Both the position numbers and the translations under genes were made by a program. A stretch of 61,571 bases of DNA, counting the filler, from Globobulimina sp. (Eukaryota): the NCBI GenBank assembly GCA_003354225.1. It is 19 parts of 19 records of this genome, joined end to end, with 100 filler letters (N's around TTAATTAATTAA, not from the genome) between each part and the next. Parts side by side here need not be neighbours in the genome. Positions count along the whole stretch, not along the records: positions 32,474 to 35,618 come from PIVH01003586.1; positions 35,719 to 38,863 come from PIVH01003587.1; positions 38,964 to 42,107 come from PIVH01003588.1; positions 42,208 to 45,351 come from PIVH01003589.1; 15 more parts are not named here. One strand, 5' to 3'. The notes below the pieces were generated by a model that saw only the letters and a list, made by a program, of their open reading frames with translations, had not been told where the DNA came from and made no database searches. Below are positions 35,351 through 45,451 of this stretch, piece by piece (the first letter of the stretch is position 1; every line of letters begins with the position of its first letter).

Positions 35351-35718
35351 TCCAACGCAACATTATCGATCATTGGAAGCTGTTTCGTTGTTTTTGCACA
35401 GCGGTTCAAAACTTATTTCATTGTTCTAACAAAATGCAGCTGATCCAAATGCGAGCCATAATCGATTAAACTATCATAATACCGGATTTGTCTACCTAGT
35501 AGGGGACAGGCCCCAAGAACCAACAGAGTTTTTTTTGTGTTTCGCAAAACTCGCTTCGCGACTGTTTCCAATTTGTTTGATCAAACAAAAGAAACATGAG
35601 AACAAATATCCAATGCTCNNNNNNNNNNNNNNNNNNNNNNNNNNNNNNNNNNNNNNNNNNNNTTAATTAATTAANNNNNNNNNNNNNNNNNNNNNNNNNN
35701 NNNNNNNNNNNNNNNNNN

Positions 35719-36588
35719 CGGAGCGAAAATCGTGGGGGAGAGTGTAAAGTGGAGCTTTATCGCCATGCTTTGAACCACCGTGACGCCCACCGGAGACACC
35801 ACCACTTCCACCTAAAGAGCCATTATCGCCAAATAGATTGGCTAATTCTATATAATTCTCTTTTTCGCTCATTGTAATTAGCCTTTGTTTATAGTCTTCC
35901 ATTAAAGAAAGAGACAAACCAGCTTCTGATAATGATGCGCCATAATCCAATTTCCGTAAATGATCCAAAAGTTTACTGAATAATGCACCATCTCCTTTTC
36001 TAAGTGCAGCGCTCATTAATTCATACATTTTGTTATAAAATTGGGCTCGCGATAGATTTTGGAAATTCTGTTCTTGGAGTCCACGACCATCACTGTCTGA
36101 AGAAGAACCATCTGAAGAAGCACTGTTTGAAGAAGCACCACCTGAAGGAGCTCCACCTGAATAATGTTCCAATGCTAGCATATTTATCATTTTTGTTTTG
36201 TAATACGAAATAGAGTTTGATAGACCCGCCTCTGATAATGTCCCGGTGCCATCGCGTAATAACTTGCTACATTTACTTATATCATCCGTTACATATTGGC
36301 ATATCTCCAATTTTTTATGATCAGTTAAGCGGCCGGATCGACGTGTTCTGGCTTCTATTTCTTTTAACAAATCCAGTGCTTCGTTTATAATTTGTACATT
36401 TTGCACTTGATTGGATGGCGGTATGCTGTCTTTTTCATCCATTTCTGACTGTGATGATTGCGAATATTTGCTGTTTGATTGCGTCGATTGGAAGTAGTTG
36501 CTGTTTGATATCAAAACTAATGAATGACAAATATTAACTATGTGTTGGTCTGGCTCGATGTATCACTAAATGATGGTTGTTGGGCCAT
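35719..36588 (-). CDS. Hypothetical protein with internal duplication and Gly/Ser linkers (3' truncated)
   Basis: Two copies of LSEAGLS…YK..+I.M. Possible ATG at 36588 with a 38-nt intron at 36538-36501. Confidence 0.5.
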
Positions 36589-36690
36589 TGAATTATAATT
36601 ATAATTAAAATTTTAAATTAAGTTTAATATGCTATTATAAAGGGAATATTGGTGGTTTTTGTTATTTGGTAAAAACTTGAGACCTTAGTA

Positions 36691-38832
36691 ATGACATCAA
36701 AAAGAAGCAAACGTACAACACGCAATTCAAAGAAATCAGCATCAAAACAATCCCAGCAATTATGTATGCGCGTAATTGATTGTGGTGCGACTATCTCGTC
36801 ACACAACGCAGCAAACCACTTTGGATATTCACTGTTTGAACTCACCATCAAAGTCGAACCAAATCCAAAGAACCTCGAGCCCCAACCATTGAACATTCAG
36901 TTAGTATTTGAAGATGGCCAACAAATCGACACCGAAAAGAAAAAAAACAACATCAAATTCAACACGCAGCCCAAATCATTACTGATTGACAAATCCGGCA
37001 CTTGCAAATTCAACGTAAAAATTGATACTTATTCCATGTTTCATGACAACCGCGCATTTAAATTAGTATTCAATTTAAAAGACAACGCCACTCGACACAT
37101 TATACCCTGTCTAACCAAACCATTCCGTCTCGTGTATGTACAACAAATTCATTCATGCATTTTCCAGAAATTTCTTGTTTATTTTCTACGCAAATTCGCA
37201 AGTCTACATACTGGAAACACTGGTTTTTATAACATTTTACACAGTAAACATCGCTTAGAAATCGTCACCGAACCGGACGACACCTTCTATAAAGACGAGG
37301 GTGGCCGCGCCAATTGCCTTCGCTGTAAAATATTGCTCAAAGACTGCAACGGAAACACGGTGAAAAACCGCGATATCCCTTTAACCTCAAAACTGGTCTA
37401 CGAAGACATGAGCATTGCCCAGTCCTCCCGCGACATTTTAGAGATTCTAACGCAAAACGTAGAGCTAAAAAAGGGTCAATGCGGCATTGATTTCCGTATC
37501 AATGAAGTGTCCAAAAACCACAACAAACGCGCTTTTCGTGTGTTATATGAATGCAAATCGCACGATGCGTTATACCATGATATATCGTCCTGCGTCACCA
37601 ACAAAATCATGGTGAAATCCAAACGCACCAAAAAAAAGCAACCCAATCAAACTAAATCCAGCAACAAAAAACGTAAACGCAAGCGAGAGAGCAAAAAAAA
37701 ACACCATCATTACCTATCTTCTTCGAGCGAGGAGGAAGAGGAAGATATCGATTCTATGGATTCAAGCCTTGAAATCGACGAACCACTGTCTAAAAAACAA
37801 AGATATTCCTTTGATAATTCGTTTAATAATCCATACTCACAACATTTCAATCCACACTTAGCTGCCACCTTAAATATGAACAATAATAATAACAACGGCA
37901 CACAGTACGTACCGCCGGCTTTGACGGGAATATTACCCTCCATACAAGCCGGGGTATTGCCGCGTATTGGCCACGACCCCCCGCCTTTTGCCAATTTGTC
38001 CAAAAAGAACAACCCATTGATGAAGAATGAAGGTGGTGGCGGTGTGTTGGGCCATATGTTCGAATGGTGTAAGTTGGCGGGTTGGGTCATGAATAGGTTG
38101 GAATGGACGCATTGTGGCTATGAGTATGACGAAGCGACGCATTCCATCGATACCCGGCGACCGCTGTATCGGTGCTCGTATTGTCTGAAGTATCGCAATG
38201 AAGCGGGTTGGGGCAAACATGAGAATTGGTGTCAATTGAAATTGGCATTGAAGGAGTACGAGAGCAAAGTCAAAGGCTTTTCGAGTGAGTGGAATTATCA
38301 GATTAGTAATAAGGACCATATGCATGGACAGATGAATAGGTTGGATCATAGCAATGGGTCGCCACCGCCCAATGTGCAGAATAATATGCTTAATAATATG
38401 GGTAATATTAATAATTGGCCGTTTGCGCCGTATATACCGCAGAATAATATGAATAATAATATGGGTAATATGAATAATCCGCATCCGCAGGCTTTGATGG
38501 GCTTTATCGGCAATAATCCGGTGCCGGTGGATAATGTGAAGAATGAGTTGAATAATCAACAGAATGTGAATGTGAATAATATCAATTTGCCATTGAATAT
38601 GGATAAGATATCGAGTGTGTCGCGGGTAAGGTCGCAACATGGATATGATGCTTATGATAAGGATGAGAAATATGTGGGTACGTTTGGTGATGATGGTGCG
38701 TTTTTTGATGCTGATCAACTGAATGACGCACATCAGCCGATATTCAATCAAACACAAATGTTGCTGAGGAATCAAAGCGATGATTACTTATTTTATAATA
38801 ATATACGAAATAGTATTTTTGAGAGTAAGTAG
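36691..38832 (+). CDS. Putative transcription factor with two tandem Ig-fold (CudA/p53-like) domains, NLS, CxxC…H…C finger and Asn-rich tail
   Basis: The repeated unit L.+ED…+.F.+KI…S..H+.RAF++ occurs twice. Also FYKDEGGRANC, KKRKRKR and YRCSYC…H…C. Probable in-frame 111-nt intron at 37134-37244. Confidence 0.55.
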   Translation: MTSKRSKRTTRNSKKSASKQSQQLCMRVIDCGATISSHNAANHFGYSLFELTIKVEPNPKNLEPQPLNIQLVFEDGQQIDTEKKKNNIKFNTQPKSLLIDKSGTCKFNVKIDTYSMFHDNRAFKLVFNLKDNATRHIIPCLTKPFRLVYVQQIHSCIFQKFLVYFLRKFASLHTGNTGFYNILHSKHRLEIVTEPDDTFYKDEGGRANCLRCKILLKDCNGNTVKNRDIPLTSKLVYEDMSIAQSSRDILEILTQNVELKKGQCGIDFRINEVSKNHNKRAFRVLYECKSHDALYHDISSCVTNKIMVKSKRTKKKQPNQTKSSNKKRKRKRESKKKHHHYLSSSSEEEEEDIDSMDSSLEIDEPLSKKQRYSFDNSFNNPYSQHFNPHLAATLNMNNNNNNGTQYVPPALTGILPSIQAGVLPRIGHDPPPFANLSKKNNPLMKNEGGGGVLGHMFEWCKLAGWVMNRLEWTHCGYEYDEATHSIDTRRPLYRCSYCLKYRNEAGWGKHENWCQLKLALKEYESKVKGFSSEWNYQISNKDHMHGQMNRLDHSNGSPPPNVQNNMLNNMGNINNWPFAPYIPQNNMNNNMGNMNNPHPQALMGFIGNNPVPVDNVKNELNNQQNVNVNNINLPLNMDKISSVSRVRSQHGYDAYDKDEKYVGTFGDDGAFFDADQLNDAHQPIFNQTQMLLRNQSDDYLFYNNIRNSIFESK

Positions 38833-39352
38833 TTCCATTTGTTTTTAATTAATGACTTTTAACNNNNNNNNNNNNNNNNNNNNNNNNNNNNNNNNNNNNN
38901 NNNNNNNTTAATTAATTAANNNNNNNNNNNNNNNNNNNNNNNNNNNNNNNNNNNNNNNNNNNNCATTATTATGATTTGGAGCATGTCCCGGAATGTGCAG
39001 CAAAGAGGACATTGAAAAGACTAAGTTTACAAAAGAAAAGGAGTAAGAATATGAAGACTGCGTATAATAAATCTAAATATGGAAATAATAATAATCGAAA
39101 TAACAGAAATATGCATTGAATATTGATATGACTTTGCTTGATTTGCTGGTTTTTTGTTTTGAATGGCGATTTATTTATGTCATGTTTTAACAGTGGTGCT
39201 ATTTTTTTGGAACATACGGTACATTTGTTGATATCGCGTATAATGTTTAAGTTTCTTATTCCGACTCGATCAGTGAAAAGAAAGGCGTACATCGAATGTT
39301 TTTTTTGCAAGTTTTAGTTTATCAAAAAGATGGCTTGCCTCAAATGGTGGCG

Positions 39353-40672
39353 CTATCCTCCATTATTTGCAGAAAACGCTTTTAATTGAGCTAAATAACC
39401 AGTATTTGGATCAAATGAAGTCCTTAATTTTTTCATTTGTGCAACCGCCGCATCAAATGAATATCCAGAATAAATCAAATATGCTGTTACAATGGTAGCA
39501 GACCTACTAACTCCTGCGCTGCAGTGACACACAACGTTGACATTCTGCTCCACACATTTTGCAATAAATTCATTTGTTTCATCAAATTTTTCATTTATTG
39601 GAATAAAACTTCTATCGCCAATTTCGATGCTCAAATAATTTACACTTTCAAACCGATTTACATTTTTATATTTATCATGAAGTTCAACAATGCTTTGAAT
39701 CTCATATTTTTTAATATTCTCTGCATTCACTGCTGCCATATTTGCTAAATATACACCTTTCACTATCTCGGTTATTTCTGGATGTCCCATAACATAATAA
39801 AAATAATAAACATTTGGAATCCAGTAAAATACTGCAATTTGTAATGCTATCTCTGAGTTAAAATATAAATATGGGAGAGGTATAAAAATATTTGCCAATG
39901 CTGAATAAAATCTGACATTTCCTGAATCAAAACCTAATTTATATGCAATAAAAAACATTTTACTCACACCTGATATTATCAAATATGATAAATATGGTGT
40001 TTCTGAAATATTTGCATTGGGTGACAATAATCCAAATGAATAGCTTAACAAAGAAAAATATGGAATGTGTCTAATCTTTAAAAATGAAAATATTGGACCA
40101 CCAATTCCTAAACTTAGACCATTTGAAATGAATATGATTGAAAACCATGCCATAAAATATTTGAATGATTTTATGGTGTTTGAATTTGCACATTTTATCA
40201 TAACAATCCATGGCATTGAATAACCGGTAAATTCATACATTCGGAATGAGATAGGATTCATTAATATTTTATTTATTAATGAGTGGCAAGTACTGTTTTT
40301 ACGATATGCTGTCAACAAAGCCATAGATATACCGACTGCAATTAAACCACGCTTCTTTGTGAATAAATTTATACTGCTTTTATTGAATGGATATAATGGT
40401 AACAATGGATATAATGAACGTAATGTTTTGGATAAAAACGTGGATGTCCGAGGGATTAAAGTTTGATTTAATTGTATTAACCAAACAGTGCATGTGAAAC
40501 CAAAAAAGCAGCGCTGAATGAACGGAGATAGTAATGGACCAAATCGTCTCTTTTTTACATCTTCTTCTTTTTGTTGACTATTTTGAAAGTGTTTTAGCAG
40601 TAATATAGCACCAACACCTCCAATTCCTAATAAAACACGTTTATTTGAGAAAAAAGACGTTACAGTGTCCAT
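39353..40672 (-). CDS. Multi-pass membrane protein with C-terminal dual-specificity phosphatase domain
   Basis: ITEIVKGVYLAN and VVCHCSAGVSRSATIVTAYL (HCx5R), plus PNTGYLAQL. Several N-terminal TM helices. Confidence 0.88.
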   Translation of the reverse strand: MDTVTSFFSNKRVLLGIGGVGAILLLKHFQNSQQKEEDVKKRRFGPLLSPFIQRCFFGFTCTVWLIQLNQTLIPRTSTFLSKTLRSLYPLLPLYPFNKSSINLFTKKRGLIAVGISMALLTAYRKNSTCHSLINKILMNPISFRMYEFTGYSMPWIVMIKCANSNTIKSFKYFMAWFSIIFISNGLSLGIGGPIFSFLKIRHIPYFSLLSYSFGLLSPNANISETPYLSYLIISGVSKMFFIAYKLGFDSGNVRFYSALANIFIPLPYLYFNSEIALQIAVFYWIPNVYYFYYVMGHPEITEIVKGVYLANMAAVNAENIKKYEIQSIVELHDKYKNVNRFESVNYLSIEIGDRSFIPINEKFDETNEFIAKCVEQNVNVVCHCSAGVSRSATIVTAYLIYSGYSFDAAVAQMKKLRTSFDPNTGYLAQLKAFSANNGG

Positions 40673-40729
40673 ACTTTCCGGTAATAGTGGACTCTAAAAA
40701 ACTCTGACTTTCTGACAGTACCACTGGCA

Positions 40730-41971
40730 ATGGAGAAAATAACACATCGCACAGTCCACGAACTGCACAAACAAGCTTTGTTCGATGGTGACAATGTGTC
40801 AGAAGACACAGTAGAGATTGTTAAGATTATTGGTGGAATAGACAAAATTCTTATGGACTATTTAACCAAACCACAACTTATTTCTTCAATAAACAATAAT
40901 AAATTACAGCAACTTCATGGAATAATATCAACGCCAAAACATTTTCGACTGAAAAACAAACAAACCGCACGTGCACAAAACGCTATTATTTCGCCAACTG
41001 GTTCTGATCAGGAAGGTATTGCAAACGTTTTAATATTAAATAACAATGACACATGGCTCTATTCCCTATTCAATAAAGATATCGATGATAAATTATATCT
41101 ATTTGTATGGCATAAGATAACCATAATTTCAGTGTCGGTTATATGTACATTAGGCTTTCTTTTGTACTCTCTATTCCCTACAAATCGACCTATCGTCGTA
41201 TTGGATATCATATTAACTGCGTTATTGACCCCATACATGTCTCTTATTATATTATCAGCCAACACAGCGGTATCGTCATTTATTTTGAAATCATTTGAGT
41301 TTTATCTCAAAATGTATTATGTTGCAGTGTATTTTGGAGCAGCCACTGTGTTTTGGTTAGTGATACAGGAACCGGACGAACATGAATTATATGATGCGAT
41401 TCATAAGAAATTAATGATAGTGGCTTGGTCGGCGTCTATTCCGTTTTACGTGTTAGTACAAGCATTTATATTTAGTTTGGACGCGTATAATATTAATTGG
41501 ATAATCAAGAGTTTGCTTCCCGCGTTCTCTGCTGTTAATTATTTGTTTTTGTGGATACAATCGACACTGTTGATATATTCCACTGACAAACAAGACGTGT
41601 CAATTATAAAAATAACAAACAACATTCATATCTCATTATATTCGCAACAACAGGGAGCTTCATTTGTTATTTCTATTTTTTGTTTCAAACAGGCGTTTAT
41701 GACTTGGTACCGTCAACGACAAAAATATAAAAATAAAAAAGCAATGACAATCAAAACGGTACCCAGACTACATTGGGAAATGTATAAAACTACCGCTGAT
41801 ATTAAAAATCTGAGTCAAAATATTGAAATTGAAATGGCTCAAAAAGTGACATCACAATTGCAAGAAACAACAATGGAAATCAAAATGCATCAAATTAAAA
41901 AATCTGATCAACCGCGGGATATTTCCATCTCTAGCAACAAAAATGCGAATGAGGACAGCTTGAGTGTTTAA
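40730..41971 (+). CDS. Multi-pass membrane protein of unknown function
   Basis: 413-aa ORF with about 6-7 hydrophobic helices. Confidence 0.65.
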   Translation: MEKITHRTVHELHKQALFDGDNVSEDTVEIVKIIGGIDKILMDYLTKPQLISSINNNKLQQLHGIISTPKHFRLKNKQTARAQNAIISPTGSDQEGIANVLILNNNDTWLYSLFNKDIDDKLYLFVWHKITIISVSVICTLGFLLYSLFPTNRPIVVLDIILTALLTPYMSLIILSANTAVSSFILKSFEFYLKMYYVAVYFGAATVFWLVIQEPDEHELYDAIHKKLMIVAWSASIPFYVLVQAFIFSLDAYNINWIIKSLLPAFSAVNYLFLWIQSTLLIYSTDKQDVSIIKITNNIHISLYSQQQGASFVISIFCFKQAFMTWYRQRQKYKNKKAMTIKTVPRLHWEMYKTTADIKNLSQNIEIEMAQKVTSQLQETTMEIKMHQIKKSDQPRDISISSNKNANEDSLSV

Positions 41972-42207
41972 AAAAAATATGTAATTTTTCTTATTATTTT
42001 TAAAGAGTGTGGACACTTTCTCAGGGGTTTTAAATTTGTGGGTTGAACATTTGAGTAACATGTTCAACATGTTGTCTAAGAGCTGGCTGCACCAAATCTA
42101 ATATACCNNNNNNNNNNNNNNNNNNNNNNNNNNNNNNNNNNNNNNNNNNNNTTAATTAATTAANNNNNNNNNNNNNNNNNNNNNNNNNNNNNNNNNNNNN
42201 NNNNNNN

Positions 42208-42948
42208 TTTATTATTTAATAAGGTTTGCAGAATAACACCAATCATTGGCTCATCTCTTGCTTTTATTGCAGTGGAATTAAACACATCCAATGCCGATTC
42301 AATGTCATTTAACTTTCCATATTGTTTTATCAATGCAGTGGTTATAAATATTGCGTCATTATCATAGACCAGCAAAGAGTGCATAAGTTTCAATTTGTTG
42401 ATATCATTTGTTTTAGATATAAGTTTTGAAATATTTATGGAATATTCTTTTGTTTTTGTTTCCTTACAATGTAATACATTGATATTATTTGATGATTTCA
42501 TCCATTCTAAAATTTCAATGCAACGATCAATAACATCAACTTCTTTCATTTTTTTCATGTTCAAAAAACATTTTATCAGTAAAATGTAAGATAAACAATC
42601 CAGGTTTGATGATATTTTATTTATGTCATTCCAAATACAAAAAATCTTTTCCGGCTGATGCGAATTTAAACAAATTTTTAACATTAAATTAATTAAATCA
42701 GAGTCATATAGGCATTCGAATTCATTATTATTTCTATTCTTATTATAAATAATCAATGCATCTCTAATCATGGAATCATTCTCATTTTGGTTGTAATTAC
42801 GTTTGCCATTACCATATAAGATATGTTTTAATTGCTTTATTGTTTCATTTGTATTTCTCAGTTTCAATGCCTTTTCTGTGTTGCAGCGGTATAATGTTGT
42901 CAGCAATGAAAATAACTGTTTGTTGGTAATAACTCTTTTGTTCAACAT
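42208..42948 (-). CDS. Pentatricopeptide repeat protein, N-terminal part (3' truncated)
   Basis: Targeting-peptide-like N-terminus; FITTALIKQYGKLNDIESALDVFNS is a PPR motif. Confidence 0.75.
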
Positions 42949-43213
42949 AACACAAAAGAATGTTAGTTATTATGTGGTCGGTTGCGCAATAATACGTTTT
43001 TCATCAGGTACATTGTTCAGCCCTTTGACCGCCATGGTTCAAGTCAAATGGTGCAAACTTAATTTTAAAAACTTTCATACAAAATGTCAATCCCGCAGTT
43101 TGAAGTAAAAAGGGTGGTGAATTGCAAAAATGGGCTCGGTGAGTGTCCGTTATATGACGACAGACGAGGCATATCTGTGAGATTCAAATAACGCTGGATC
43201 AAGTAGTGCACGT

Positions 43214-43345
43214 TGTTGTGCTCCTCTATATTCCTCAATATCATAATTACTTTTTATACCTTTTTTCTATTATTGTATTCTATTATTATATTATTCTTTT
43301 ATCTTATCTTATCCCTCTTTCTTCTAAATCTTGTATAACTCAACA
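43214..43345 (+). repeat. 5' LTR (132 bp)
   Basis: tgttgtgctcctctatattcc…cttgtataactcaaca; matches 44951-45071 apart from small indels. Confidence 0.93.
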
Positions 43346-43346
43346 T

Positions 43347-43359
43347 TGGTATCGCATCC
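43347..43359 (+). promoter_or_regulatory. Primer-binding site (TGGTATCGCATCC)
   Basis: TGG lies 1 nt after the LTR end. TGGTATC matches the start of the common tRNA-iMet PBS. Confidence 0.7.
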
Positions 43360-43437
43360 TTTTACGGATCTAAATCTACCTAAATTGAGAGCCAACTATT
43401 CGAAACAAAACCCAAAGACAGAAACGACAACACACCT

Positions 43438-44658
43438 ATGGTCATACTCGACACAGCCACAAAATATAAAAAACATATTAAATACAGTTCCAATGGCAAT
43501 CGTATTCGTACCGGCAATGGTATTTATACCAGTCATCATTACCTACCTATTACTATTGATATTAATCCACATGAATCAAAACAAGAACGTAAACGATACA
43601 AAGTACACACCAAATTTTGGGTTGTAAATGAATTACCACACAATTGGCTTATTGGTCGATCAACAGATGAAATATTAAAAACATTACCGACCACATCCAT
43701 TGTCATTTACGAACACAAACCAATCGAAATTGACCACATTGATGAAGAATTAGACAAATTATCAGCATCTTTATCACTAGAACCCGCTAATACAGATTTC
43801 GATTTCGATTTATCTAAGATTAAAGTCGAACGTCCTGAACTAGCAGACGATATACATAAAATCTTATCAGATTACAAAGAGACCATAGAAATCAATGAAA
43901 CAGACTCTGGTCACATTCCAAACATACAATTTCGCCTGGATTGGGAAGATAATATCGAACCTGATCCTATCGTATGCCGCGAATATCCAATGAAACGAAA
44001 TCATTTTAACAAAGCTAAACGCCATACCGATCATAAAAATTTGGTAACATTATTGAATAATGCCAAAAAATTTCGTACTGGTAAACTCTATCGTTGGGCA
44101 GTCCGTATCCAAGACTTTGATTTCGATTGTAAATTCATACCAGGCGTTGACAATAAATTCCCTGATTATCTATCCCGCGATGGCCTACATATCGAGACAT
44201 CAAAGAATTACGATCTCCGACATAAAAACGATAAACCGAAAGACATCCAAAACACATACATGATGGTATTACAAGCAGAAATATTAAATAAATATGTTAA
44301 GGATCCACATCTATTAACAAATGTTATACCACGCAGATCATCACGCATTCGTAATCAACCAGGTTCTAATTACCGTAAACAAATTGAACAACAACCGTTG
44401 AAACGTTATATTCCATCAACAGACACACCACAAGATACACGTCACAATGATATGAATGAAATTCGTGAATACAACAAATCCATATTATCAAACCAATTAA
44501 ATTATAATGCATGGAATGAAAATCTAATAATTCCATCACAATCCCACACAATTTATTCTATTTATTGCAATTATCCCTTATTACATTACCAATTATTAAT
44601 ATCAGAAATATTGTTATTATCAAAGTATATCATTTTAAACGTATGTCACCATTATTAA
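43438..44658 (+). pseudogene. Fused pol remnant: protease fragment, pre-RT linker and RNase H C-terminus
   Basis: ILDTA and FWVVNELPHNWLIGRS (protease), PIVCREYPM (pre-RT), then directly TDHKNL…RWAVRIQDFDFDCKFIPGVDNKFPDYLSR (Gypsy RNase H end). No YxDD RT core and no integrase. Confidence 0.85.
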
Positions 44659-44950
44659 CCAACATTTAATAAAAAAAAATTGAAACATTTCATATTTATA
44701 ATTATTAAAAACAATCATTTCCGATATTCACGATAAATATATAATATTATTAAACCTATACCATTTATTATCAATAGTATTATCACCAAATTTATTTTAA
44801 GCATCTATTTTAAGAATCTATTTTAAAAATCTATCTTAAGAATCATCCTATTTTTATATTAATCAATTAAATGAACAAACCTAAAATAAACACCAAATTT
44901 TAGTATTCCATTATAAAAGATTGTTACTGAACAATCTTGGAACGGAGTGA

Positions 44951-45071
44951 TGTTGTGCTCCTCTATATTCCTCAATATCATAATTACTTTTTATATACAT
45001 TTTTTCTATTATTATATTATTCTTTTATCTTATCTTATCCCTCTTTCTTCTAAATCTTGTATAACTCAACA
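44951..45071 (+). repeat. 3' LTR (121 bp), preceded by the polypurine tract ggaacggagtga
   Basis: Direct repeat of 43214-43345. Confidence 0.93.
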
Positions 45072-45210
45072 ATGTACGGCATTATATGCACATGTTTTAT
45101 AAGTTTACACGGGCGCAAGAACCCGAGAACTTATTATGAACATTACCATCTATTGATCGAGCAGAAGTTTATTAAAATCGAAAACTTTTTTAATTTTAAA
45201 AATTTCAACC

Positions 45211-45351
45211 ATGAAACGACTGCTTACCAAAACAGCCTATAAACCAAATAGTTTGCATGTAAGGCATAGGATCGTATCACTTCATAAATTATCAAGATAT
45301 TCAGAAGCTACTAATGAAAATATTCCAAACAAACCAGATAATAGAAATTTC
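45211..45351 (+). CDS. N-terminus of a protein with a mitochondrial-targeting-like peptide (truncated)
   Basis: MKRLLTKTAYKPNSLHVRHRIVSLHKLSRYS; open to the contig end. Confidence 0.4.
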
Positions 45352-45451
45352 NNNNNNNNNNNNNNNNNNNNNNNNNNNNNNNNNNNNNNNNNNNNTTAAT
45401 TAATTAANNNNNNNNNNNNNNNNNNNNNNNNNNNNNNNNNNNNNNNNNNNN

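Larger units (their letters stand above)
43214..45071 (+). mobile_element. Internally deleted (non-autonomous) Ty3/Gypsy LTR retrotransposon, 1858 bp
   Basis: Two LTRs with TGTTG…CAACA ends, PBS after the 5' LTR, purine tract before the 3' LTR, flanks acgt/atgt (4-bp TSD with one transition), and pol remnants inside. Confidence 0.92.

Noticed and set aside
37933-38775. 280-aa antisense ORF rich in Ile/His
   Set aside because: Shadow of the Asn/Met-rich sense strand of the 36691-38832 gene; no independent features.
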